This document shows positions 36,039-47,189 of a DNA stretch of 53,246 bases, one piece after another. Under the pieces are notes generated by a model. It ran no database searches. It was not told the DNA's origin and saw only the letters and a program-made list of their open reading frames with translations. Positions within the stretch are counted from its first letter, which is position 1. Every line of letters begins with the position of its first letter. A program made the translations under genes and the position numbers. Source of the DNA: Chiloscyllium plagiosum (Eukaryota); the NCBI RefSeq assembly GCF_004010195.1, contig NC_057718.1:100028505-100081750 (forward strand), written 5' to 3'.

Positions 36039-37165
36039 CATTAAGTGTATCAGTCCTGTTATGATTTGCTTTCCCAAAATGCAGCACCTCACTATTATCT
36101 GAATTAAACTCCATCTGTCACTTCTCAGCCCATTGGCCCATCTAATCAAGATCCTGTTGTAATCTGAGGGAACCCTCTTTGCTGCCCTCCAATTTTGGTG
36201 TCATCTGCAAACTTACTAACTATACCTCCTATACTCACATCCAATTCATTTTTATAAATGATGAAAAGCAGTAGATCCAGCACCGATCCTTGTGGCACTC
36301 CACTGGTCACAGCCCCCCAGTCTGAAAAACAACCCTCCACCACCACCCTCTGTCTTCTACCTTTGAGCCAGTTCTGTATCCAAATGGTTAGTTCTCCTTG
36401 TATTCTATGAGATCTAACCTTGCTAACCAGTGTCCCATGGGGAACCTTGTCGAACGCCTTACTGAAGTCCATATAGGTCACATCTACTGCTCTGCCCTCA
36501 TCAATCTTCTTTGTTACTTCTTCAAAAAAGTCAATCAAGTTTGTGAGACATGATTTCTCACGCACAAAGCCATGTTGACTATCCTGAATCAGTCCTTGCC
36601 TTTCCAAATACATGTGCATCCTGTCCCTCAGGATTCCCTCCACATACTTGCCCACCACCAAGGTCAGGCTCACCAGCCTATAATTCCCTGGCTTGTCTTT
36701 ACCACCCTTCTTAAACAGTGGCACGACGTTTGCCAACCTCCAGTCTTCCGGCACCTCACCTGTGACTATCGATGATACAAATATCTCAGCAAGATGCCCA
36801 GCGATCACTTCTCTAGCTTCCCACAGAGTTCTCGGGTACACCTGATCAGGTCCTGGGGATTTATCCACCTTTAACCGTTTCAAGACATCCAGCACTTCCT
36901 CCTCTATAGTATGGACATTTTGCAAGATGTCACCATCTACTTCTCTATATCTTCCATATCCTTTTCCACAGTAAATACTGATGTAAAATATTCATTTAGT
37001 ATCTCCCCCATTTTCTGTGGCTCCACACAAAGGCCGCCTTGCTGATCTTTGAGGGGCCCTATTCTCTCCCTAGTTACCCTTTTGTCCTTAATATATCTAT
37101 AAAAACCCTTTGGATTCCCCTTAATTTATTTGCCAAAGCTATCTCATGTCCCTGTTTTGCCCTCC

Positions 37166-37795
37166 NNNNNNNNNNNNNNNNNNNNNNNNNNNNNNNNNNN
37201 NNNNNNNNNNNNNNNNNNNNNNNNNNNNNNNNNNNNNNNNNNNNNNNNNNNNNNNNNNNNNNNNNNNNNNNNNNNNNNNNNNNNNNNNNNNNNNNNNNNN
37301 NNNNNNNNNNNNNNNNNNNNNNNNNNNNNNNNNNNNNNNNNNNNNNNNNNNNNNNNNNNNNNNNNNNNNNNNNNNNNNNNNNNNNNNNNNNNNNNNNNNN
37401 NNNNNNNNNNNNNNNNNNNNNNNNNNNNNNNNNNNNNNNNNNNNNNNNNNNNNNNNNNNNNNNNNNNNNNNNNNNNNNNNNNNNNNNNNNNNNNNNNNNN
37501 NNNNNNNNNNNNNNNNNNNNNNNNNNNNNNNNNNNNNNNNNNNNNNNNNNNNNNNNNNNNNNNNNNNNNNNNNNNNNNNNNNNNNNNNNNNNNNNNNNNN
37601 NNNNNNNNNNNNNNNNNNNNNNNNNNNNNNNNNNNNNNNNNNNNNNNNNNNNNNNNNNNNNNNNNNNNNNNNNNNNNNNNNNNNNNNNNNNNNNNNNNNN
37701 NNNNNNNNNNNNNNNNNNNNNNNNNNNNNNNNNNNNNNNNNNNNNNNNNNNNNNNNNNNNNNNNNNNNNNNNNNNNNNNNNNNNNNNNNNNNNNN
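37166..37795. other. Assembly gap (630 N)
   Basis: N run within the CR1 endonuclease region. Confidence 1.
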
Positions 37796-38169
37796 TTCCT
37801 GTTGCATTTGTATCCTGGAACATTAAGCTGCCAGTCCTGAGCCATGTTTCTGTAATTGCTATGATATCCCAGTCCCATGTTCCTAACCATGCCTTGAGTT
37901 CATCTGCCTTCCCTGTTAGGCCCCTTGCATTGAACTAAATGCAGTTTAATTTATTAGTCCTACCTTGTCCCTGCCTGCCCTGACTGTTTGACTCACTTCT
38001 GTTCTCAGCTGTACCCGTCTCAGACCGATCTCTTTCCTCACTATCTCCCTGGGTCCCATCCCCCCACCTTACTAGTTTAAATCCTCCCAAGCAGTTCTTG
38101 CAAATTTCCCTGCCAGTATATTAGTCCCTTCCAATTTAGATGCAATCCGTCCTTCTTGTACAGGTCTTG

Positions 38170-38345
38170 ACAAAATAGAGGTGGAAAGGGTTGCTTTCCA
38201 CTGTGGGACAATCCAGAACTGCAGGGGGGGGCACAGTTTCAGAACTAGAGGTCACTTTGTGGGAGACGGATGAGAAGTATTTTGTTTTCTCTCAGAGGAT
38301 TGGACAATTTTGGAACTCTCTGCCTCAGAAATTGGCAGAGGCTGT
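38170..38345 (+). mobile_element. Degenerate CR1 fragment
   Basis: tccagaact..gggcacagtttc..ctctcagaggatt..tttggaactctctgcc. Confidence 0.6.
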
Positions 38346-38400
38346 GGGTGGGTAGTTGGGGGGAAGGTGTGTCATTGAGAGAGAGGTGGAGAGAGGCAAG

Positions 38401-38760
38401 TCATAGAGTCATAGAGATGTACAGCATGGAAACAGACCCTTCAGTCCAACCTGTCCATGCCGACCAGATATCCCAACCCAATCTAGTCCCACCTGCCAGT
38501 ACCCAGCCCATATCCCTCTAACCCTTCTTATTCATATATCCATCCAAATGCCTCTTAAATGTTGCAATTGTACCAGTCTCCACCTGCTCCTCTGGCAGCT
38601 CATTCCATACACGTACCACCCTCTGCATGAAAAAGTTGCCCCTTAGGTCTCTTTTATATCTTTCCCCTCTCACCCTAAACCTATGCCCTCTAGTTCTGAA
38701 CTCCCCAACCCCAGAAAAAATACTTTGTCTATTTACCCTATCCATGCCCCTCATAATTTT
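38401..38760 (-). mobile_element. CR1/HER1 3' end
   Basis: MRGMDRVNRQSIF..RTRGHRFRVRGERYKRDLRGNFFMQRVVRVWNELP; (ctctatga)2 tail. Confidence 0.95.
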
Positions 38761-38865
38761 GTCAATTCACTGTTTGTTAATTTTCCAGTTGCACTCCGAT
38801 GTCCAGCGACAGATTAATTCAAACGCAGCAAAGGCAGTAACTGTGCAGGTTCACTCTCCCCCACC

Positions 38866-38899
<34 letters not shown>

Positions 38900-39149
38900 G
38901 CACTGTCCTCACCATGTGTTTCCTTTGTCTGCTCTTCTCCCTTTTAAAACTGCTGTTGGTTTGACTTTCTTTTCCAAAGTTCCAAAACAATGCAACAGCA
39001 TATAAAACAGGAATTGCTGCTCCTGGAATTTGAGGAAATCACCTCCAGCACCTAAAATACCTCAAAAAAAGGAGCAGCTCTTACAGCCAGAATTTTTTCC
39101 CATCCTCCAAGTTGGATTACCCCGAATCCTTTTCAAGAGTTCTCGTGGG

Positions 39150-39318
39150 TAGATGGGAATGTGGAATTCCCTCCCTCAGGGTATTGTGGATCAAGCCACA
39201 TCAGGTGGACTGCAGCGGTTCAAGGAGGCACCCCCACCTTCCCAAGGGGCAACTAGGGACAGGCAATAAATGTTGGGCCCAGACAGCGACATTCACATCC
39301 CACAAATGAAAAAAAAAC
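39150..39318 (+). mobile_element. L2/Crack-like LINE 3' end
   Basis: ggactgcagcggttcaagg..ggggcaactagggacaggcaataaatg..cacatccc plus A-run. Confidence 0.7.
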
Positions 39319-39449
39319 ATAAACAGGTTTTATTCAATGGTGGAGCAGCTTGAAGGGCTGAATGGCCAATTGCTGCACCTGTTTTGCAAACAAAATGAGT
39401 AAAGAAACATCAAAGTCAGCAATAAAGGTGAAACACAAAGAGGAGATGA

Positions 39450-40030
39450 TAGTGTCATGGTAATGTCACTCGAATTGTCATCCAGAGATCCTGGTGAGTA
39501 TTCTGGTGTTCAGTGGTAAAAGTTCCATCATGGTAGATGGTGGGAATTTGAATTCAGTGCACGGTGGCACAGTGGTTAGCACTGCTGCCTCACAGCGCCA
39601 GAGACCTGGGTTCAATTCCCGCATCAGGCGACTGACTGTGTGGAGTTTGCACGTTCTCCCCGTATCTGCGTGGGTTTCCTCCGGGTGCTCCGGTTTCCTC
39701 CCACAGCCCAAAGATGTGCAGGGTCAGGTGAATTCGCCATGCTAAATTGCCCGTAGTGTTAGGTAAGGGGTAAATGTAGCGGTATGGGTGGGTTGCGCTT
39801 CGGCGGGTCGGTGTGGACTTGTTGGGCCGAAGGGCCTGTTTCCACACTGTAATGTAATCTAATCTGGAATCGAACAGGTAGCTGGTGTAGTGACACCCTA
39901 TAATCACTGCTAATTGTTATTTTTTAAAAAACCGTCTGGTTCACTAATGCCCTTTAGGGAAGAAAATCTGCCATCCTTACCCGACACGTAACTCCTGACC
40001 CACAGCAATGGACTCGTCATTACTGTCTGA
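39450..40030 (+). mobile_element. SINE with L2/Crack-like tail, interrupted by HE1
   Basis: tggtaatgtcact..atccagag head; ctggttcactaatgccctttaggga..ctgccatccttacc body. Confidence 0.65.
39559..39865 (+). mobile_element. HE1 V-SINE, young aatct-tail subfamily
   Basis: Near-identical to 50621-50939; CpGs retained. Confidence 0.95.
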
Positions 40031-41019
40031 ACAAACTAGAGGAGGCCCAGCCAATGTCCCATTTCATTTTTTTTTTAGTTAAAAATATTTTGATTTATCA
40101 TTCAGCCCTTTTACGAAACTGGCGGCAAATATTTGTGTAATCGCTCTTGTACCAATGCCCCGCCATTGTCAAAGGTGCTACACAAATGCAAGTGGTTGTT
40201 GCAGTGCTCGGAAGGTGCCCATCAGGCAGTTTTGCCGGCAGTCAAAACGAGGGAGTGTGGAATCTATCACAAACACCCGGTATTCCACATTCCTGCTCTG
40301 ACTGGTACAGGATAACAGAGAATGGGAAAAGAATATGTTTAGGGGGTGATTATTCTGAAATGCTTTAAAGATGGGCAGAGATTTCAAGACGAGAGACACA
40401 TTCCCATTCAGCGATGTACGTGCAGCCTGCTACATGTTTTAATTCAATGACTGTCAAGTATGTTTCCAAACATTTCTTGTTAAATATTTTGCAGAAACTC
40501 TCAAACTCACTCGTTGTTCTTGAGGTTAATTTGAGAAAAAGAGTGTAGCAGGATTGACATGAGTCTAGTCCTTTCAGTCAGCTTCCTCTGGCCTTTTACT
40601 GACTGGAGAGCATCCCCTAGCAACGCTGGATCCAACCCGCAGCTAATGTGGTGCTGATTCCAACTCCACATTGAGATGGTGGGAGGTGTTACACAGTCAT
40701 ACTGGTGTCATTTCAGTGTTTCTTTATGATACTCAGTGGGTAATGTTCAGGAGTGTCTTCAGCTCATCCCCAATGGTGGGGACACAATATACACCAAACA
40801 ACAAGAAGATCTACAATGTGCATTAATATAGTGCCTACAGTACTGTACAGTACATCAACCATGAGGTGCTCGATAGGAGCTTTACCAAATGTGACTTGAC
40901 TCTGGGCTGTGGTACGGCAATATCAGGGCAGGTCAGCAGAGGCGAAGCCAAAGAGGGAGGCTTTCGGAGTTTTAGACCATCTCTCACATCGAAAGGATTG
41001 ATGTGGGAACTGAGCAAGA

Positions 41020-41800
41020 GTGAACCAGGTGTGACTCTGCAGCTGAACCAGGAGTGATCCTGGAACTGAATCAGGAGTGACCCTGGAACTGAACCAGGAG
41101 TGACCCTGGAACTGAATCAGGAGTGAACCTGGAACTGAACCAGGAGTGAACCTGGAACTGAACCAGGAACTGAACCAGGAGTGAACCTGGAACTGAACCA
41201 GGTGTGAACCAGGTGTGCCTCTGCAGCTGAACCAGGAGTGATACTGGAACTGAACCAGGAATAAACCTGGAACTGAACCAGGAGTGAACCTGGATCTGAA
41301 CCAGGAGTGACCCTGGAACTGAACCAGGAATAAACCTGGAACTGAACCAGGAGTGAACCTGGAACTGAACCAGATGTGAACCTGGAACTGAACCAGGAGT
41401 GATCCTGGAACTGAACCAGGGGTGACCCTGGAACTGAACCAGGAGTGAACCTGGAACTGAACCAGGAGTGACCCTGGAACTGAACCAGGAATAAACCTGG
41501 AACTGAACCAGGAGTGACCCTGGAACTGAACCAGGAGTGACCCTGGAACTGAACCAGGAGTGATCCTGCAACTGAACCAGGAGTGAACCTGGAACTGAAC
41601 CAGGGGTGACCCTGGAACTGAACCAGGAGTGAACCTGGAACTGAACCAGGAGTGACCCTGGAACTGAACCAGGAATAAACCTGGAACTGAACCAGGAGTG
41701 ACCCTGGAACTGAACCAGGAGTGAACCAAGAGTGATCCTGCAACTGAACCAGGAGTGACCCTGGAACTGCACCTGGAATGACCCTGGAACTGAACCAGGC
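41020..41800. repeat. Minisatellite, 23-bp unit, about 33 copies
   Basis: cctggaactgaaccagg plus a 6-nt linker (agtgac/agtgaa/aataaa); period 23 measured at 41461, 41484 and 41507. Confidence 0.95.
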
Positions 41801-42079
41801 GTGCATTTTAAAAAACGTTAAATTCGCAAGACCTCTTGTCAGAATGTTTTCCAACTGTACCACAGGGTCATTGCGCTGAGTGGGGCTTAGTGGGTTATAA
41901 TTAAGGAGAGGGACATGCACACAATGGACCAAGTGGCATCTTCAAAGTTTATCCATTCAGTGTGATGCTCTCACCAGTAAGCCAACAGAATTTCTTAACA
42001 TGTTTTGTTTCAGTTTCACACCTAGACTCCATCAACATTATAAACTCAGGAACTTGCCTTATTCCCATTGTTGGCCGTG

Positions 42080-42230
42080 CGTTTGGCGACATTGACTCGA
42101 AATTTTAGAACTCCCTCCCTAAAGCATTGTCTGTCCATCTGTCTGTCTGTCTGTCTCTCTCTCCCTGTCTCTCCATTTAGACACCTCATTGCCTGACCAA
42201 GGTTTTGATCCACCTGCCTCAATACCACCC
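42080..42230 (+). mobile_element. L2-like 3' fragment
   Basis: gaactccctccctaaagc..tgaccaaggttttgatccacctg; an oppositely oriented piece lies at about 40875-40975. Confidence 0.5.
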
Positions 42231-42269
42231 CAGCTCCGTGCCTGCTCAGTGCCGCCTTGGGGCATTCCA

Positions 42270-42560
42270 CCTGGCAACAGGAGAAGGATATTCGGCCCCT
42301 CTAACCTGCTTTGCCATTTTATAAGATCACAGCCTCAAATCTACATTTCCCACCTACCCACCCCTCAACCCTGATAACCATTCAGCCCTGCACTTCTCAA
42401 GAAACTATCCACTTCTGCCTAAAAAAGTTCCAAAGACTGTGATTCCACCACCTTCGGATGAAGAGAGTCCCCAAGAGTCAGAGTGTCTGTGAGAGAAAAT
42501 AACAAATTCTCCTCACCTCTGTCTTAACCGGACGACCCCTTATTTTGAAATGGTGACCCG
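42270..42560 (-). mobile_element. Degenerate CR1 3' end
   Basis: GHHFKIRGRPVKTEVRR; tail remnant. Confidence 0.7.
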
Positions 42561-42859
42561 GTTTAGTTTTGAGCCTGTGTTTGTCAGTCGGGTAGGTTAG
42601 AGACGCTGGACACTTTGACAAAATCTCCTTGCGTTTGTGATGACCGCGGGGAGCTGAGGCACAAAGAGCAAATGACATCTGGTTTAGGCCCCAAACTTCT
42701 GGAACCAGTGCTATGTGGGCGCACATTGATGACATCAACAGCACCAAGCTCCTCTTCATTCCCAGGGGTGGGGGTGGGTGCGCACCTGTTGCATTAACCC
42801 CTTTGCTCTGTGGCAGGAGCTATACCAGTGCAGGCAACTGTGGTCGTAGCCTCGCACAG

Positions 42860-43385
42860 AGTGGATCGAGGCCATTCGGCCCCCCCGACACCGACCTATC
42901 CACATTGATCCCATTTGCCCTGTAACCTTGAATGTTATGACACTTCAACCGCTCGTCCATGTACCCTTTACCTTCGCAGGCTGTGGATTCCAGATTCTCA
43001 CCACCCTCCAGATGAAAAGATTTTCCTCAAGTCCTCTTAATCCGTCCTTGAAATTATGCCCCCCACCAACCCCCCTGGCTGACCCTTCCAAAGGGAGACC
43101 AGCTGCATTCTATCCACCCAATCCAGGCCTTTTATAATCTTAAAAATCACGCAACGCCAGATTATAGTCCAACACATTCATTTGGAAGTACAAGCTTTCC
43201 TGCCCCACCTGATGAAGGAGCAGTGCTCCGAAAGCTAGTGCTTCCAAATAAACCTGTTGGACTATAACCAAGTGTTGTGTGATTATTTAACGTTGTCCAC
43301 CCCAGTCCAACACCGGTTCCTCCACATCATGGTTTTCATAATCTTATATACCTCAATCAGGTCCTCCCTACGCCTTCTCTGCCCT
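42860..43385 (-). mobile_element. Degenerate CR1 3' end with a nested pLTR inverted insert (43140-43333, subfamily B)
   Basis: ttccagattctcaccaccctc..; insert flanked by ttt(t/c)ataatctta. Confidence 0.75.
43206..43240 (+). ncRNA. Minimal type I hammerhead ribozyme, intact
   Basis: CAC-CUGAUGA-A-GGAGC AGU GCUCC-GAAAGCUA-GUG. Confidence 0.75.
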
Positions 43386-44122
43386 ATTGACTCCATTCTC
43401 TCTGCCCCAGATGCGACCCGGGACTTTTTGATTTCCTACCATTTTCCTGTCTGAATTTCAGATTTCCAGCAGCTGCAGTGTTTTTGCCTTTGGTCTACCC
43501 TCATCATTTTTACTGCTGTTTATATCTGCAGCCTTCAGTAGAGATTCATCTGTTAAAAGGAGAAACACGCTCAGACAAACAGGAATCAATTTTCTCCTTC
43601 AGGGACAAAATTCGAATTGGCGCTCCCTATGCCTGGCATCAATCTCCAGGAAGGTCACCTTTTAACTTCACTCAAACAGCTCTGATTCTCAATGCAGGTA
43701 CAAAAGGCAACATGCACTGAATCTCAGGGACTGACACGGTATCAGAAATAAAACATCAAACTGAACAAACAGATGGTGCTGTAATCCCTACAGAAAGTAA
43801 TGTTTGTTCAGAAGAGTTCAAAAGCATCTTTGTGTCCGATAAAGTGCGGGCAACAGAATTAAGCGTCTCTCCCACGTTAGCCTTAATACAGCCTTGATCT
43901 AAAAGCAGCTCAGTTGCTGATGTGAACATGCTTTTTTTTGAATACCTGAGACAGTACCTCAACTTTTCAGACTCCTGCCTAATGTACTTGAGCTGCAGAA
44001 TCAATCCCAGGGTCTATCTTTTCCCATGAATTTTCCAATTCTCAGATGAAAGCAGGATTTAGACTGAAGCTCGAACAAACCATTGGCACAGCTTAGAATT
44101 TGGCAAGGGAGGTGGTTTAAAG

Positions 44123-44200
44123 TTGAAACGAAAACAGAAATTGCTGGAAAAGGTCTGGCAGCAGCTGTGGAGAGAGATCAGAGTTAAGGTTTTTGGGTCA
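44123..44200 (-). mobile_element. Penelope pLTR fragment (subfamily C)
   Basis: acagaaattgctggaaaa..ggcagcagctgtggagagagatcagagttaaggttt matches 1948-2010. Confidence 0.6.
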
Positions 44201-44919
44201 TCTTTACCTACGTTCCAACTCCAACATTTAACAAGCATTTGTGAGCTCTGGAAGTTGCTATTAAATTTACTCCTTAATAACAGAAAGCATTTGAAACACC
44301 ATCATTTTTTTAATGCAAAATCCAGGCCAGGTTCATTTGATAGTGGTGCTCTCTTTTCTGTAACAATTAAACACTTTACTCACCAGCAAAATTATTCCTA
44401 CTTACTGCCCTCTGCCTTTTATATAACCCAAAAGAACACAGATATAACTCTGGTGAATTAAATTAGAATCATGAGAGTTTCCATTCCACTGCATCAAACC
44501 TTAATTAGAATATTTCTTTGTACAGATTTGCAACACTTTGTTCTTCTGTACATTTAGTTTACTTAAAGTACAGTATGTTTATTATGTTTGTTGATCATAA
44601 AGTAAAAACAAAGTGGAGTCAAGCAGCATTCTTAGGTGAGACAGTTTTGGATTCAGTTCTTTCAGAGCATGAATTCACAAGAGCATTGAAAGTTATATTA
44701 AACAACTCAAAGTGATTAATAAAAGCTATTAAGTTGTATTACTACAAAGTGAAACAATAATAATGTCTGCCACAACTCACTCCCTTTAATTGGAGCTACG
44801 CATTAAACTGTTTTTGCTGCATAGTACATTTGCAACCCCACTAAATTCAACAAGTTATATAAAGTAACACACTTAGTGTTACACCACAGGTGAAGTGCAG
44901 CCACTCATATCGACTCTTG

Positions 44920-45373
44920 TGTTGGTAACGAGGTCAGTCAGGTGGACCTCATGGAATACAAGTTCCCTGATAGGGGCTGTTAATCCGATCCAGTCATGGA
45001 GCCCTGGCTGACAGATATAGAAGCCGTTCTGCTATCACACTCGCTTTGTCAATGCAAGTTCACTGTAACTCAACTGACGAATTGAGGATGCAGTTTCGAA
45101 AGTGTGAACTTTTAAAACAATGTGCTGGCTGTAACGTGATTACATCACCAACACCTAAACGCTGTTCCGAAGGCATGATTTTTCTATAACGTGGGGATTG
45201 CACAAGAACGCAGCCATTGCGTTATAGAAGACCCACCTGAATGTATGAGCATCAGAGATTCTGTTATCTGAGAGCTGGCTCTGAAGAAGCCAGACCAGTG
45301 TCAAGTACTATGCAAGTGTAATTAAAAGGTGACTTGGTGATGGGATACCAACCTCTGTGGAGTTATTTCAACA
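44920..45373 (+). mobile_element. Solo LTR-like element with a nested MITE
   Basis: tgttg..caaca ends; attaaa near the 3' end; homologous to 3215-3445; no clear TSD. Confidence 0.6.
45020..45240. mobile_element. MITE (Tc1/mariner, Tigger-like), degenerate TIRs
   Basis: gccgttctgctatcac and gttatagaagacccacctg are imperfect inverted ends; segment absent from the 3215 LTR copy; inserted next to TATA. Confidence 0.55.
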
Positions 45374-45419
45374 ACTGCCCTCCACTCTTCCATGGCTACG
45401 TTTGTACCTGGGTGTCACA

Positions 45420-46545
45420 GAAACATACCGTCATACAGCACAGAAAAAGATTCCTCAGCCCAGCTCATCCTTGCTGACTAGGTTTCCCCAACTAAACTAG
45501 AGCCATTTGCTTGCATTTGGCCCATATCCCTTTAAACCTTTCCTATCCATGTACCTGTCCAAATGTCTTTTCAATGTTGTCTTTGTACCAGCTTCCACCA
45601 CTTCTTCTGGCAGCTCGTTCCATACACATACCACCTTCTGCATGAAAACATTACCCCTCAGGTCTCTTTTAAATGTTTCCTCTCTCACCTTTAACCTATG
45701 CCCTCTCACTTTAAACTCTCTTACCCTACGACCTTGGCTATTCATCTTACTTATGCCCCTCATGATTTTATAAATCTCTACAAGGTTACCCCTTACATTC
45801 AAGGGAAAAGCATCCCAGACTATCCAGCCTCTCCCTATAACGCTAACCCACCCCAATCCCCCAGTCTCAGTAACATCCTTATAAATATTTTCTGTACCGT
45901 TTCCAATTGCCTAACATCCTTCCTATAGCAGGGCGACCAGAATCGCACGCAGTATTCCTAAGGTAGCCTCACCAATGTTCTTTACAGCCACAGCATGACA
46001 TTACAACTCCAATACTCAGTGTACTGACCAATGGAGGCAAGTGTGCCAAACATCTTCTACCTGTGACTCCGCTTTCAAGGAGCTTTGTACCTGCACCCCT
46101 CTGTTTAACAGCACTCCCCAGGGCCCTATCATTAACTGTGTAAGTCCTGCCCTGGTTTGTCTTACCAAAATGCAACACATCATATTTATCTATTCCCGCC
46201 TCAGGCGACTGACTGTGTGGAGTTTGCACATTCTCCCAGTGTCTGCGTGGGTTTCCTCCGGGTGCTCCGGTTTCCTCCCACAGTCCAAAGATGTGCAGGT
46301 CAGGTGAATTGACCATGCTAAATTGCCCATAGTGTTAGGTAAGGGGTAGATGTAGGGGTATGGGTGGGTTGCGCTTCGGCGGGGCACGTGGACTTGTTGG
46401 GCCGAAGGGCCTGTTTCCACACTGTAAGTAATCTAATCTAATCCATCTGCCCACTGGCCCATCTCACCAATAAACCATTGTGCTCTGAGGTAACCTGTTT
46501 CACTGTTCACTACTCCACCTATTCGTCCACAGACGTACTAACCAT
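45420..46545 (-). mobile_element. CR1 fragment interrupted by HE1
   Basis: RGHRLKVRE..QKVVCVWNELP; DKYDVLHFGKTNQGRTY; tttatct resumes as ccatctgccc after the SINE. Confidence 0.88.
46192..46443 (+). mobile_element. HE1 V-SINE, 5'-truncated, aatct tail
   Basis: Starts within the B box (attcccgcctcagg); full V domain. Confidence 0.92.
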
Positions 46546-46997
46546 GATTTATTGGGTGGGGGTTGATGGATGAGGAAATGGCTGATTTGGTGATAGGAAA
46601 AAAGATGTTCAGTTGTGTGTAAAAGCATTTCTGGATAGAAAATTTGAAAAAATAAAGAGAACGAAAACATTTATAGAGCCACTGAAGCATAGAATGTGTC
46701 CTTTGATCCAACTAGCCCATGCAGGGCACTCCGGTGAGTCCTATTGCCCTAATCTGTCCTCCAGAACCTGTGAGTTCAATTCCCTTAAGGACTCCTCCAG
46801 TTTCCTTTTGAAATCATTCATCATCTCCCCTTTTACCACGGCTTATCACCAGCTTCTGTGCAAAAAAAGGTTTGTCCTCAGATTCCCCGTGTACCTCTTG
46901 CCCAAATCTTCAATCAACACCCCTCAGTCCTTGCCATGGTTCATCAGGATGGTTTCCATCAGTTGCCTCAAATTATTTCGCTCAGAATCGGACACAC

Positions 46998-47105
46998 ACG
47001 GTGGCAGTGCCCCTACCTCTCAGCCAGGAGGCCCTGAGTTCAGGTCCCACTTGCTGCAGAGTTGTGTCATAGTATCTCTGAGCAGGTTGATTAGCAAATA
47101 TCTAC
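46998..47105 (+). mobile_element. tRNA-derived SINE head
   Basis: ggtggcagtgcccctacctct..gagttcaggtcccac..gagcaggttgattag. Confidence 0.6.
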
Positions 47106-47189
47106 ACGCTCAAAGTTTTGTTGGGGGTTACACGCCATTCAAGATCCATTGCACATTATCACTTGGATAAACACATGCTCCACCCAAAC

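Larger units (their letters stand above)
34890..38166 (-). mobile_element. Long CR1/HER1 LINE: ORF1 end (SGNH esterase), APE endonuclease, RT, tail; disrupted
   Basis: DLYKKDGLHLNWKG (about 38165-38125); NARGLTGKADEL..DIIAITETWL (about 37935-37840); ORF 36146-36925 with KSPGPD, PGNYRLVSLT, QHGF, YMDFSKAFDKVPH, GVPQGS, FADDTK. Confidence 0.95.

Noticed and set aside
36146..36925. 259-aa RT ORF as an active or domesticated gene
   Set aside because: Part of a frameshifted CR1 copy with an internal duplication.
37039..37938. Long ORFs containing X runs (also 24392-25024)
   Set aside because: Artefacts of N gaps.
41020..41800. CRISPR-like appearance (palindromic repeat plus variable linker)
   Set aside because: Linkers are 6 nt and recurrent rather than unique spacers; eukaryotic context; no cas genes.
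40923..41932. Three long minus-strand ORFs (233-271 aa) with a 23-aa repeat
   Set aside because: Arithmetic consequence of a stop-free 23-bp unit read through all frames; irregular short units are tolerated and there is no splice or domain evidence.
10250..42030. Isolated + strand acceptor-like sites (10264, 29205, 42013)
   Set aside because: No convincing matching donors or coherent reading frame; such sites are common in AT-rich DNA.
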